DNA from: Squalus acanthias
Taxonomy: Eukaryota
Length of the DNA stretch: 64,000 nt
NCBI GenBank assembly: GCA_030390025.1
Contig: CM059425.1
Location: forward strand, 169,324,001-169,388,000
Direction of reading: 5' to 3'
The notes under the pieces were generated by a model. It ran no database searches and was not told where the DNA came from. It worked only from the letters and a program-made list of their open reading frames with translations. A program made the position numbers and the translations under genes. Numbering within the stretch: the first letter of the stretch is position 1; the number at the start of each line of letters is the position of its first letter. This document shows, piece after piece, positions 47,210-60,292 of this stretch.

Positions 47210-50200
47210 GTGGGAGAAAGTGGGCTCTATAGCACCCATTTTTTAGGTGTTAATCGGCCTCCTAAAGGTCGAAAATTGGGTCCTAGATGCGCGGGCACAC
47301 TTCAAACTGGAAGTACGCCGGACGGCAACTTAGTACAGAAGTTTGCACACGTGCAGCTAACGACCGCCGGCAGCATGCAGAGCAGGTAGATTATGATGTC
47401 AATCAGTGTGCAACGCTGCTTTGACGCCAGCGCTGCCAATTTCGAACGCCACGCTCCAGCCAATACCCTCTCTTAACCTCCCACAGTTGAACACATGTTC
47501 AACGGCATGAAGAACCCCCCAACAGTGCTATTTAAAGGGATCATGAACTACTTACAGGTTAGTTGCTGGATTATTTCTTCTGACTGCTGGTGCAATCATA
47601 CTCATTTTTGGAGCTTTCCTATACTTGTCTAAAGTTTCAGTAGTCTACAGGGAGTGGGCTGGTTGGTGCTGAAGTACTTTTTTGGTGGTTTAAAAACTTG
47701 TGCTGAAACAAGTAGCTTCCAGGCATTGGTGGCCTGGTAGGCCTTCCTCTTGGAATTGAGCATGACTGGGAGAATGAAGAGAAGCCACGCAGAGCAGGAC
47801 AAGCTGCTAGAAGAGGGAGGAGGAGGAAGGGGGAGAAGAGCTCTCAGCTGGAGGCCATATCCGCCCAGGGTTTTTATGGTGCAATTCTCTTACATGAACT
47901 TCAGTGAGGACCAATACATGAGATGTCTTTGCTTCACTAAAAAGGTTGTGACTGAAATCTGCCAACTGCTGCAGCCACAACTGCAAATTCAAAGCAGAGC
48001 AAGGACCGCATTGCCTGTGGCTGTCAAGGTGTCAAGGTGACCGTGGCTGTTAACTTTTATGCATCTGGCTCCTTCCAGGCTGCTGCTGGAGATATATGCA
48101 ACATCTCACAGTTTGCAGTACACTGCTGCATAAGGGAGGTCACTGAGGCTCTCTATACACAGAGAGACAGCTTCATCTCATTCCCTCTTGCCAGAGACAA
48201 GCAGGTGGAGCGAGCATGAGGAAGAGGAGGAGGAGGAAGAGGAAGTGGAGGAGGAGCGAGTACAACAGGAATTGGAGGAATAGGAAGAGGAAGGGTGGAA
48301 ACAATATAGACAGTCCCTTTCTGCCCGTGCTTTATGTGATCAAATAATTCATGAATGACACCAGTAACTTCTACCACAACTCTCCATTCACCAACAATCC
48401 CACACTCCTTACCTTTCCTCTATCATTGACCATCACATTGTCCTATTTCCGACAACACAAAAATAAAAGCCAGCAGAAAATGCACATTCCAATCCAAATT
48501 TATAAATTCAATCATGACATAATGCATACTAATGTAAATTAATTACCCTTGTGAGTTCCCTTAGTGCCTCTTCCGTATGCCTTTGCCTCACCTAGTGCTC
48601 CTACGAGATTCTTCCCCAGTGGCTGCAGCATGGATGATGGAAGGCTGCTGACCTTCAATTGAGAAGACTGCAGACGGCCATGGAGGACAAACTCGAGCAG
48701 CTCTGGGCCTAGAAGGCTCGGCTTCAGACTGCATCATCTTGGCTTGGGCTGCAGCAGTCTGGGCGGGCTGGCTGGCTGACAGGTAACAGCTAGTTCACTG
48801 GCGAAGTGGTAGGGGTGGGAACACGAATGCTGTCATCCTGAGAGAGGACAGCAGGTTCGTACATCATGGAACCACTGCCACTCTCCCAGGGTGGCGCCTC
48901 AGCAAACCTAGTAATCTGTTAGAGAGCAGATAGATGGACTGTTGTGATGCCCTGGAAGCCCGTTTGAACACTAGTATCCAGAGACATGATGGCAGCAGTC
49001 TGAGCTTGCAAGGCAGAAGGCTGAGCTTCCACTGCAGCACTCAGACCTTTGGTGGAAGCTACTTGTGCTGCAATGGAAACTGAGACATCGGCCATCAGAC
49101 CCTGCATCTTGATGGGTTCAACAGGTGTGCTTATGGAGGTGACCACCCGTTACATGTTGGAAAGGATGGGCTCCAAGCTCGGTGCAAAGCCCTGTGCCAA
49201 GTTGGTGCTGGACTCCTCCACGCTCCTTGACATCGAGCGCTGGCTTTCTGGCAGGCTTTACAGTGCACCAAGCATTTGGGTGTGTAGACCCATCAGCCTT
49301 CTTCTGTAACCTGGCCCACTGAAGTCCTCATCCAAGTCCTCTGCAGCAGAACTAGTGCAGATCCCTCCTCTATCCTCGCCTCTAAAATACGCACAGTGTC
49401 AATATCTGAACTGGTGGCTGCGAGTGTGAGATCGAGTGATGGTGTCTCTTTATCTTCATTTTCTTCTTCCTCTTCCTCCACTGCCTGGGCAGGTTCCAGT
49501 TCTTGGGTATCTGAAATGAAAAAGTGACAAGGGTAGGGTTGTGGTGAGGGGAGAGGAGAAAGTAAGAAGTGCAAGCTTACATCCTCTGCAGCCTCTCACT
49601 CAGAAGAGATTGAGGGATGAGGGAGAAGTGGGATGAAAGAAGGAGGATTAGGTATGCGGATGCCCTCATCATCAATCGTTTCAGCGCCGCCAGTGGCCAC
49701 GGCCTCAGCGATGCCCCTTCCCATGATGGCCAGCACTGTCTCCTCCATGGTTGTTAAAACATGCAACCGAGCTTGTCCTCCTCCAGTTCTTTGTGCTGTC
49801 TTCTGTTATGCGCCACCTTCTCCTACAAGGAAGAGGGAAGTGTCAGTGAGTGTCCTGCAATATGTTTGGGTGATGTGGCTGTCATGGTTGAATAGCTGCC
49901 AGTGTGTGCGAGCTGTGAATTATGGGTGTGAGACTTTTAACAGAGCTAAGTGTGTGAGGGTGAGGTAAAGCATTTGAATGATAGGGTAGAGTCCTAATTG
50001 ATAGAGATTGTTGGTAGGTGAGTGACGGGGTGTAGTGAATTGAGCAGTGTGTGAGGTTAGTGGTGCAGTTGGTAGGATATGATGAAGTCACTCACCTTGA
50101 CAACTTCTCATTAAATCTCTTTCTGCACTGCCTCCATGTTTGACGAGCAACACTCCTGGCATTGACAACCTCTGCTATTTCTTCCCACTGCCTCCTGAGC

Positions 50201-50520
50201 ATCCGGAGGGCCTCCTCCTGCCCCCCTGCCTTCCTCTTATCCTTTCCTCCTCTTCCATCAAGGCCTCCAGTGCATTGTCTGAAATCGTTGGTGCTTGCTC
50301 TCTCACGTGTTCAGCCATTGCTCAAAGTATCACCGCACTGATTCAGTTTTGAAAAATTCCCACTACTTGTTGCAGCCACAATGCACCTCCCCTTTAAGAG
50401 GTGCAGGCTGCCTTTAAATAGTGCTGGACACTGGTGATATCAGGCCCTGTGCCGATCCGTGCAGCTAATGCCTGCAGCGATCCCTGTGCCCGTTTTCAGG
50501 CCTTATCCAAATTCTTCCCC
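47210..50520. mobile_element. PIF/Harbinger transposon (deleted transposase + 47720-48350; multi-exon Myb-like gene - 48590-50320)
   Basis: TSD AGA, TIR-like ends; RPYPPRVF, ALPVAVKV, FYASGSFQ; TGGG exon at ~49660-49825. Confidence 0.85.
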
Positions 50521-51219
50521 AGAGAGCTCTGGATGCAGCTTTCATCTCCTGCATCCTTGATCTTCGTGCAGACACAGAGAGCCCTCAGAACTTGTGTTCA
50601 TGCACAAGTGTCTGTGTACGCACACAATTTTTGGAGCACTCTGGAGCAAATCATAGCCTGGGCCAATGGAAGTCATTTTTTGCAGGGCCAAGTGTGGGTC
50701 CACGGAGAGCTCTTCAAAATCGTTGACTGTTCATGTCTAAATTATTGAAATGAGACCCAAGGCCCAATTATGGCCGGCATTGGGCCTTCTGGTTCATTCC
50801 ATCGGTTATGGACCCAAAACTGGCCATAAGTATTCCACCCGAAAGTATGACGAATTAGGCTCTAGACTGGTGCAAAACCTAATGGTAGAATCTCAAGATT
50901 ACTTGCAGCGACACCTGCTGAACAAGTTATGGAGGAGGAGATGAGATTTGATGATATGAAACTTTCAGACTCCTAAGACATTGGGATGAGTTTTGGGGCA
51001 GGGGGAGAGGGCAAACAGAGCAGTTCTAGCAAGAGGAACATAAAAAGTAATGGAGGTAGAAAGGATACAGAAGCTGGATGTTATTGTACAGAGCAGTAGT
51101 TGGTAGATGATAGTTGAAGTGCAGACAATGATACAGCAGCTAAGTATGCAGAAAATAAGGATATGAATGTGTGAGGAAATAATAATAAAATAAGTAAGCA
51201 CATAAGTCTAGGGAGTGGT

Positions 51220-51880
51220 GAAAATGGATGACTCAAAATTATATATTTGAATGCTAAGAATATTAAAAAATGGGAGATTTGGAGTTATTTGCTGGAGAGG
51301 GAGCCTTTTGTTTTATCGCCATTACAGAGACCTGGTTCAACAGGTAAATGTACAAGGATACATACTACTTTATTGATATAGAAAAGACAAACTGGAGGAG
51401 AATGTAGCTTTTTATGTGAATGAGAACTTGATTATAATAGAGATGAATACATTTAGTCCCAGTGGGGCTAGCAAAATCAGTCATGTCCTTACCACTTGCT
51501 TTGAAGGAATGATTAGAAACAGGAGTAGTGCCTGAAAGTTGGAAAGTAGCTAATGTGACACCAATCTTTGAAAAGGCACAGAGGGACAACCAGGAAACTA
51601 TAGCTAGTGAGCTTATCGGGTGTGGTGGGTAAAGTATTAGATGGCATTCTGAAAGAGGAGAGATTGAAATATCTGGCTAGGTATGGTAAGAGCAAGTTAG
51701 CATGGATCTATAGGAGAGAGGACTTGCCTGACATATTGACTGGAATTATTCAGAGACGTGACAAATGTTTTTGGCAATGGCAATTCTATTGATGTGAGAA
51801 ATTTAGATTTTAGCAAGCCTTTGGATACCATGCCACACAAGCAATTAGTCCACAAGGCATTAAGGCATGGAGCTCTTGCA
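51220..51880 (+). mobile_element. Old CR1 ORF2 fragments
   Basis: ITETW, VPESWKVANVTPIFEK, LDFSKPLDTMPH. Confidence 0.7.
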
Positions 51881-52189
51881 TTAGATAACCACTCACCCAT
51901 GCACAGTGTGACTAACCCATTTTCCAAACAGGGTATCTTTATCTGGCCTATCAGAGTGAAATTATTTAATTAGTACTAATGAGGGCTGAATCACATTTTT
52001 TCGCAATAGATTTGTGTTTAGTATTAATTACATCCAAAGCACCCACAACTTTTAACTTAGGACAGCCCTTTTCTTTAAGTTCCGTCTCTTTGCCTTTCAA
52101 AACTGCTTCATCGACCCCCCCAACCCTCCTCCCTTCAAAAAGCCTACCTTTCAACTCTATGTTGTCTTCCACTGCTGTCCAATCTCTGA

Positions 52190-54311
52190 GGGGGTGAAAT
52201 TTGATAACGCTAAAAAGCGGGTGTGCACCTCAATGCGAGATATGCCCACGTCAATTTGGTGCTGCCTGCTAATTACCATGATTGTAGCGCACAACCTAAC
52301 ATGGAACACGCTGCTGACAGGCTGTGCTCTCAGCAGGGGACCGAAGTTCACGTCGCTCAAGCGAGGCCTGTTCCCCTTCAAGGCAGTCTGCAGCTCTTAA
52401 AACTGAGCTGCTTTCTGCAGATAAAAAAATAAAATACCTTCAGCACTAGGCAGTCTACGCCTATTAAAGCTGAGCTGCCTTCTGCAGATAAAAAATGCTA
52501 AAAGTGGTTCAGCACTAACACAAATGGCTCAACAGGCCAGGGAAAGGGCACCCAGGGTCTCGGATGCAGCACTTGAGCTTTGTGCAGGGGTTCAACACTG
52601 GAAGAGAAGTTTTCTACCCACAGGGGGCCAGGAGGCCCTCCAGAAAGATAGATGTGGGACCAGATCACCGAGATTTTCACTGCCAGCGCTGTCACCCCAA
52701 GGACCTGGCTCCAGTGCCCAAAGAAGTTTCATGACCTCAGACGAGTGGTCAAGGTCAGTGAATGCATCTTCAAAAGCCGTCTCCTACTAACTGCACCATG
52801 AGCCTCACACACTGCTCAATGTGTGACCCCCCCATCACTCACCTACCAACAATCTCTATCAAACACGAGGCACATCTCACATTCCTAGCTTCACCTCACT
52901 TCCTTGGAGGAGACGGTGCTGGCCATTCTTGGCAGGGGCATGGCTGAGCCCTTGGCCAACGATGGGACTGAAAGAATAGAAGATGCCGGTATTCTCATAC
53001 GTTATTCTCGTTCTTGCTTACCACTTCCCCCTCATCCCACATCTCTTCTGATTTACAAGCTGCACATTGTGTCAGCATGCATCTCTTGCTTTGCCCCCCT
53101 CCCCTCACCACAACCCTACCCTTGTGCCTTCCTCATTTCAGACACCTAAGAAATCCAACCTGCTAGCCAGTGGTTGACCAAGGAGAGTGAGAGGAGAGTG
53201 AAGAAGAAGAAGAAGAAACACAGTCACTCAATTTCATACTCCCAGCCACCAGCTCCTCGAGGTCGTCCTGCAAGGCCATCTGCAGTGTCCCCCACTGAGA
53301 GTCAGCAGCCTTCCACCAGCCATGCTGCTGCCACTGGGGTAGCACTGCGTGACATAACTAGACTAGGCAAAGGCACACACAAGACCATCACTAAGGGAAT
53401 GCACAAGGGTGATTAGTTGATTTTTTGATGTAATATTAATGCATATATGGATAAACTTGGATTGGAAAGTTTGCTTTGTGGTGGCTTTTATTTCAGCATT
53501 GTGATGGTCAGTAACAGCGGGAAGGTTAGGAGTGGGACAAATGTTGAAAAGGGAATTGGGGTTGTGTTCACTGGTATCGCAGGCGGATGATTTGATCCCA
53601 GATATTCTGGCCAGAAAGGGGCTGTCTGGGTTGCCTCATTCCTTCTGCTTCCTCCTCTTCTGCGTTTTCCTCCTCTGTTTTTTCCTCTTCTGCTTCCTCC
53701 TCTTCTGCATCCTCTTCCCTCTGTGAGCAGCTTGTCCCCTTTGCTGCCTTTGCTCCATTGCCATGTGATGCTGCAGCCCAAGGGGGACTGCAACTCCAGC
53801 CCCCTGGACTGGGAGCAAGTGGTGTTCTCAGAGGCCTTCCTTTAAGAGACAATGCCTGGCAAACGTCCAGCAGCACTCCCTGCAGACTTTAACAACTTTT
53901 TAAATGTTTGCAACAAGCCACTACTCCAATAAAATGTAAAGAAACCAGTCCAAAAGCAAAAATCTAAATTTACCTGAAAGTTGTGTGTGTCCCTTTAAGA
54001 AGTGCTGGCAGTGTATCTGCTGTACTGCTGCGCGCATGTCCTTCTATGCGTGGTTTGAAGAGGGCGTTATTAAGAGCGGCGACATCCAAAATCACGGACC
54101 AAGCATCTATTCAGGCGTTGCATGCCAATTGATGTCACGATCTGGATCATTTAAATATGTGCGGAAAGCAAAGGCAACAGCAGCACTGCCGACCTGCCCA
54201 AATTGGCGGCCACTGAGTTCCACGCTGGAAGAGGGTGGAAGATATGCGGCAGCCATTTTTTTCATCCAAACCGCCCTTAGTGGCCGCGCTAAAGGTTCAA
54301 ATTTCGTGGCC
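52190..54311. mobile_element. Internally deleted PIF/Harbinger transposon (Myb + from 52524; transposase remnant - 53570-53800)
   Basis: TIRs GGGGGTGAAATTTG / CAAATTTCGTGGCC, TSD TGA; MAQQARERAPRVSDAALE. Confidence 0.85.
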
Positions 54312-54384
54312 TGAATTTCCTTCCTCCTCTAAGGCCCTCAAAAGTGTCATTGCATCAAACTTAATTTCCACTTCTCCATTCACT

Positions 54385-56640
54385 CATAAGAACATAAGAA
54401 ATAGGAGCAGGAGTAGACCATTCGGCCCTTCGAGCCTGCTTCGCCATTCAATGAGATCATGGCTGATCTTCTGCCTCAACTCCATTCACCGGCCCTATTG
54501 CCATATCCCTTGATGCCCTTACTAGTCAGAAATCTATCGACTTCTGTTTTGAATATACCCAATGACTGAGCCTCCACAGCCTTCTGGGGTAGGGAATTCT
54601 AAACATTCACCACCCGCTGTGTGAAAAAATTTCTTCTCATCTCAGTCCTGAATGGCCTACCCTTTATCTTGAGGCTGTGGCCCCTGGTTCTAGACTCCCC
54701 AGCCAAGGGAAATATTCTCCCAGCATCCACCCTATCAAGCCCTGTAATAATTTTGTATGCTTCAATGAGATCCCCTCTCATTCTTCTGAATTCAAGAGAA
54801 TACAGGCCTAGTTTACTCAATCTCTTCTCATACGATAGTCCCGCCATCCCAGGAATCAATCTCGTGAACCTTCGTTGCACTCCCTCTATGGCAAGTATAT
54901 CCTTCCTTAGGTAAGGAGACCAAAATTGTACACAGTACTCCAGGTGTGGTCTCACCAAGGCCCTATATAATTGGAGTAAGATTTCTTTACTCCTGTACTC
55001 AAATCCTCTTGTAATGAAGGCCTTCCTAATGGCTTGCTGCACCTGCACATTCACTTTCAGTGACTCATGTACAAGGACACCCAGGTCCCTTTGAGCATCT
55101 GCATTCCCCAATCTTTCACCATTTAGGAAATACTCTGCCTTTCTGTTTTTTCTACCAACGTGGATAACTTCACATTTATCCACATTATATTCCATCTGCC
55201 ATGTTCTCGCCCACTCACTGAGCCTGTTGAGATCCCCTTGAAGCCTCTTCACATCCTCTTCACAACTGACACTGCCACCTAGCTTTGTATCATCAGCAAA
55301 TTTGGAAATGTTACATTTAGTCCCCTCATCCAAATCATTGATATAGATTGTGAATAGCTGGGGCCCAAGCACCGATCCTTGCGGTACCCCACTAGTCACA
55401 GCCTGCCATCCTGAAAAAGACCCATTTATCCCTACTCTTTGTTTTCTGTCTGTTAACCAATTCTCAATCCATGCTAGTATATTACCCCCAATTCCATGTG
55501 CCCTAATTTTGTTCACCAACCTCTTGTGTGGGACCTTATCGAAGGCCTTCTGAAAATCCAAATACACCACATCTACTGGTTCCCCTTTGTCTACTCCACT
55601 AGTTACATCCTCAAAGAACTCCAATAGGTTTGTCAAACATGATTTCCCTTTCATAAATCCATGTTGACTCTGCCCAATCTTATTATTAGTTTCTAAGTGC
55701 CTAGTTATTGCATCCTTTATAATAGATTCCAGCATTTTCCCAACTACTGATATGAGGCTAACAGGTCTGTAGTTCCCCGTTTTCTCTCTCCCTCCTTTCT
55801 TAAATAGCGGGATTACATTTTCTATCCTCCAATCTGCAGGAACCATTCCAGAATCTATAGAATTTTGGAAGATGACAACCAATGCGTCCACTATCCCAAT
55901 GGCCACCTCTTTCAAAACCCTAGGATGTAGGTCATCCGGTCCTTGGGATTTATCGACTTTTAGTCCCATTAATTTTGCTAGTATTGTTTTTTTACTAATA
56001 ATCATTTCTTTAAGTTCCTCATTCTAGCCACACCCTTGGTTTTCTGTGAGGTTTTTTGTGTCTTCCTCCGTGAAGACAGAAACAAAGTATTTATTTAATT
56101 TCTCGGCCATTTCCTCATTCCCCATTATAAATTCTCCCGTCTCTGACTGTAAAGGACCTACATTTACCTTCGCCAGTCTTTTCCTTTTCACATACCTTAG
56201 AAGCTTTTACAATCCGTTTTTATATTATTTGCTAGTTTGTGCTCATATTCCATTTTCCCTTTCTTTATCAATTTCTTGGTCCCCTTTTGCTGATTTCTAA
56301 AAAGATCCCAATCCTCAGGCTGACTGCTTTTTCTGGCAACTTTATAAGCTTCCTCCTTTGACTTAATACTAGCTTTAATTTCTTTTGTTAGCCATGGTTG
56401 GATCACTTTTCCTTTTGGGTTTTTATGCCCTCGAGGAATACATGTTTGTTACAAATTATGCATTATTTCCTTGAATGTTAGCCTTTGCATGTCCACTTTT
56501 ATACCTTTTAGTGTAGTCTCCCAATCTACCATGGCCAACTTGTCCCTCATACCCTTGTAGTTTCCTCTGTTTAGATTGAAGACCTTAGTTTCAGATTGGA
56601 CTACATCACTCTCAAACTTAATGTAAAATTGAATCATATT
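54385..56640 (-). mobile_element. CR1 LINE, 5'-truncated (RT open 54599-56005)
   Basis: [15 protein letters not shown]; (TTCTTATG)n tail; same subfamily type as 45593-46451. Confidence 0.92.
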
Positions 56641-57094
56641 ACTCCTTATTTGAATCTCTTCAGCCCGACATCACTCTGGACAAAATTACCAACAATAGTA
56701 TTTTTTGACTGTAACTGTGGTGTTTCTCTTAACTTCTTTGTGCCATTCAACATAGTCGACCACTTCCTCCTTCTTCTCTGTCTATCCTTTCTAGTCTACC
56801 TCCTTTGCTTAGTTCCTCTCCTACTTGTTCAAATGTAGCAAGCATATTTCATGCAATGGTTTCACCTCCAACCCCCTCAGGAGGTTCCATTCTTGGTTCT
56901 CTTTTTACCTACACAAAGAAAGTTATGAGGAAAGATTGCCAACCGTGGGACTTTACTCTCTGATGAAGAGCGGGATCAGGAGGTATTTCATAAAGATTTT
57001 TTACACAAATGGGGAATTTGAATCTAGGAAAGTTTGTTGGACACGGAATTCGAGAACTAGGGGACATAGCTTGAAGTTAAGGTGTGTCAAAAGA

Positions 57095-57935
57095 AACTGT
57101 TCTGTTTGACCTGGATCTAAGCTTCAAACCCCATATCCATTTCATCTGCAGGACCACCTATTTCTACCTCCAAAACATCGCCCATCTCTGCCCTTACCTC
57201 ATACCCACTACTGCTGAAACTGTCATGTCTTTGCCAATTCCAAGCCTAGCTTCTCCAATACAAAAGCAAAATACTGCGGATGCTGGAAATCTGAAATAAG
57301 AAAAGGAAATGCTGGAAATACTCAGCAGGTCAGGCAGCATCTGTGGAGAGAGAAACAGAGTTAACGTTTCAGGTCGATGACCCTTCGTCAGAACTTCTCC
57401 AATGTTCTCCTCACCAGCCTCTTGAGTTTCACCCTACATAAACTGCAACTCATCCAAAACGTCACTGTCTGCATCCTATCACGCAATAAGTCTAGCTCCC
57501 CATCACTCTTGTCCTCACAAAGTTCTAATTGCTTCCTATCCCCCCAAAGTATTCAATTCAAAATCCTCATTTTCATTTACTCATCTCTCCATGGTCCATC
57601 CCCCTCTACCTCTGCAACATCTTCCAGTCCTACTGTCAGTACACATGTTTTGCTTTTCTGATTCTGAACTCCTTTTCGGACCCCTCACTTCACTTTCAGT
57701 GACAGAATCTTCAGCCATCAGCTCCACACACCTGATTGCTCTCCCTAAACTTCTCTACCTTACTACAGCTCTCCCCATCTTCAAAATCATCCTCAAATCC
57801 TGTCTTTTTGACAATGCCTTCAGTCACCTCCCCTAATTCTTCTCCTTTTACTAATTGGCATCTGTTGATGCCTCTTTGAAGTGCCTTGGGATGTTTATTA
57901 TGCTAAACTTACTGTACAAGCGCACTGTGTTATTG
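57095..57935 (+). mobile_element. Decayed L2 3' fragment
   Basis: FDLDLSFKPHI, LQLIQN, IQFKILIF. Confidence 0.7.
57260..57393 (-). mobile_element. 134-bp Penelope-derived terminal element with hammerhead motif
   Basis: 10-bp TSD CTTCTCCAAT; minus strand GUU-CUGACGA-A-GGGUC-AUC-GACCU-GAAACGUU-AAC. Confidence 0.75.
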
Positions 57936-58879
57936 TTGTCTCACAATCATCAGAGGGAAGATTTTCAATCCATCAATCTATGCTGGATTCTAACCTGGGT
58001 CTTGGGAGTCATTGGAGGGTCTCCTAAACCATTGTGCTAACCAATGCTGTATAAACAGATTTAAAGAATCCTGTCAAACTTTTTCCTTTAAAAACACTGT
58101 TGATATTCTGAGGAAGGCAATAACCAATATTATGCAGCCTTGGCTCTTGGTAATCCGCTCTGTACACTTTTTTTTTGTTCTTAAGCTTGACCTACAAACA
58201 GAAAGATGCCTGTGAGCAAGCTGAATGCAGTTGACAGCTGATGTCTGATCAAGGCTTTCTGTGTACACTTGTGTCATAAAGGTGACACATTTAAAATCTA
58301 GGGAGACAAGCAGTAGATTTCCTGTAAACATTATGGATGTGAGCTAAATATGTGACAAGAGCACAGAATAGCAAATCTTCCAGATTTGTACTTCTTACAG
58401 TAGTATTTCAATACAGTGTCACTAAATGTAACAACAGTTACCAGGATGTATTAATATTTGAAGATGCTAAGTTATCAATAAAGATAATACCATGGATCCA
58501 AATTTTTTACATAATGAAAAAGGATTCAGACAATGGCAGTGCTATAGGTTGTGCTGCACACTGGTAGAGTGTGGATTTGACAAGCTGTAGATCTTTGTTG
58601 TGGGACAGGCCGCATCATTCCTGGGGTGAGAGATGGGAAACTCAAAGGGAGAATAATTTTTTAGCCATTTTACACACCACAGAGTAGAAGTAATGTAAAA
58701 AACTTAGATCAGTCCACATTCTTGTTGTCATGGTCAGGAATACTTTGTGATGTGGGTAGACCTACAGAACAAAAAAGAAAAGAGGGCAAAAAATAAATTG
58801 CCTGACAAAAACATTAACAACTGTTTTAGAGTTACAATACAGTTAAATAAAAGCTACATATCAGTTCACATATTTAATA

Positions 58880-60021
58880 ATTAGTTAGAAAAAGGTGTAG
58901 TGCCAGAGGAGTGGCGGATAGCTAACATAATACCTATATTTAAGAAAGGAGATGGAACATGTCCAGGGAACTATAGACCAGTCAGCTTAACATTGATAGT
59001 AGAAAAATAATGGAATCCCTACTAAAGGAAAAAATAGAAGAACATCTAGAAACCAAAAATATAATAATGAAGTCAGCATGGATTTCAAAAGGGAAATTCT
59101 TGCTTGACCAATCTCACTGAATTCTTTTGAAGAGGTAAAAGAGAGAGTAGACAAGGGTAATGTAGTAGATGTAATTTATCTAGATTTCCAAAAGGCCTTC
59201 GATAAGGTACCACATAATAGACTAATGAATAAGGTCAGAGAATGTGGAGTCAGGGGACAAGTAACAGAATGGATAACTAGCTGGCTTCAAGACAGAAAGC
59301 AGAGAGTAGGGGTAAAGGGTAGCTATTCAGAGTGGCAGAAGGTGGAAAGTGGGGTCCCACAAGGATCAGTGCTGGGACCACTGTTGTTCACAATTTATAT
59401 TAATGATTTAGACTTTGGAATCAAAAACACAATTTCTAAATTTGCGGATGACACCAAATTGGGGGTATAGTCAATACTGAGGAGGACTGCAACAAATTGC
59501 AAGAAGAGATTAATAAACTTACAGAATGGGCTTATAATTGGCAAATTAATTTTAACACAGATAAATGTGAGGTACTACATTTTGGTAAGAAAAATAAGGA
59601 GCTCACATGTTACTTGGAAAATAAGAATCTAAATGGGGTAGAGAAGCAAAGGGATCTCTGAGTACAAATACACAAATCACTAAAAGTAGCGACGCAGTTT
59701 AATAAGGCCATTAAAAAAAGCAATCCAAGCACTAGGGTTTATTTCTAGAGGGATAGAAGTTATGCTAAACTTGTATCGAATCTTGGTTAGAACATACTTG
59801 GAGTACTGTGTACAATTCTGGTCGCCATATTATAAAAAGGATATAGAAGCACAGGAGATGGTGCAGAGAAGATTTATAAGGATGATACCAGAAATGCGAG
59901 GTTATACCTATCGGGAAAGGATGAACAGGCTGGGTCTCTTTTCTCTTGAAAAGAGAAGGCTGAGGGGTGAGCTAATAGAGGTCTTTAAAATTATGAAAGG
60001 TTTTGATAGAGTAGACACAGA
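58880..60021 (+). mobile_element. CR1 ORF2 fragment interrupted by a Harbinger
   Basis: [23 protein letters not shown]; multiple stops. Confidence 0.88.
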
Positions 60022-60292
60022 GGGCTGGATTTTGCCAGCTGAGGCGGGTTCGCGGCAGGAGAGGTAGTTGGCGGGTTCCGGTCCTGCTCCGGGTTGCAGC
60101 CGCTTTGCGCAAACAATTTTCCGTTGATTGGGCTTGTTAAGCCCGCCGTGCGCGTTATTCAGGCCCAATCACTAGGTGCGGGTCTGTTGAGCTCCTCTGA
60201 TGATGCGTTTGCTGCCGGTGTATTTAAGGGGGCCATGTCTACATTTGCTCTCACTTCTGCTTCCATTCCCCTGAGTGCTGCTTGATTGCAAA

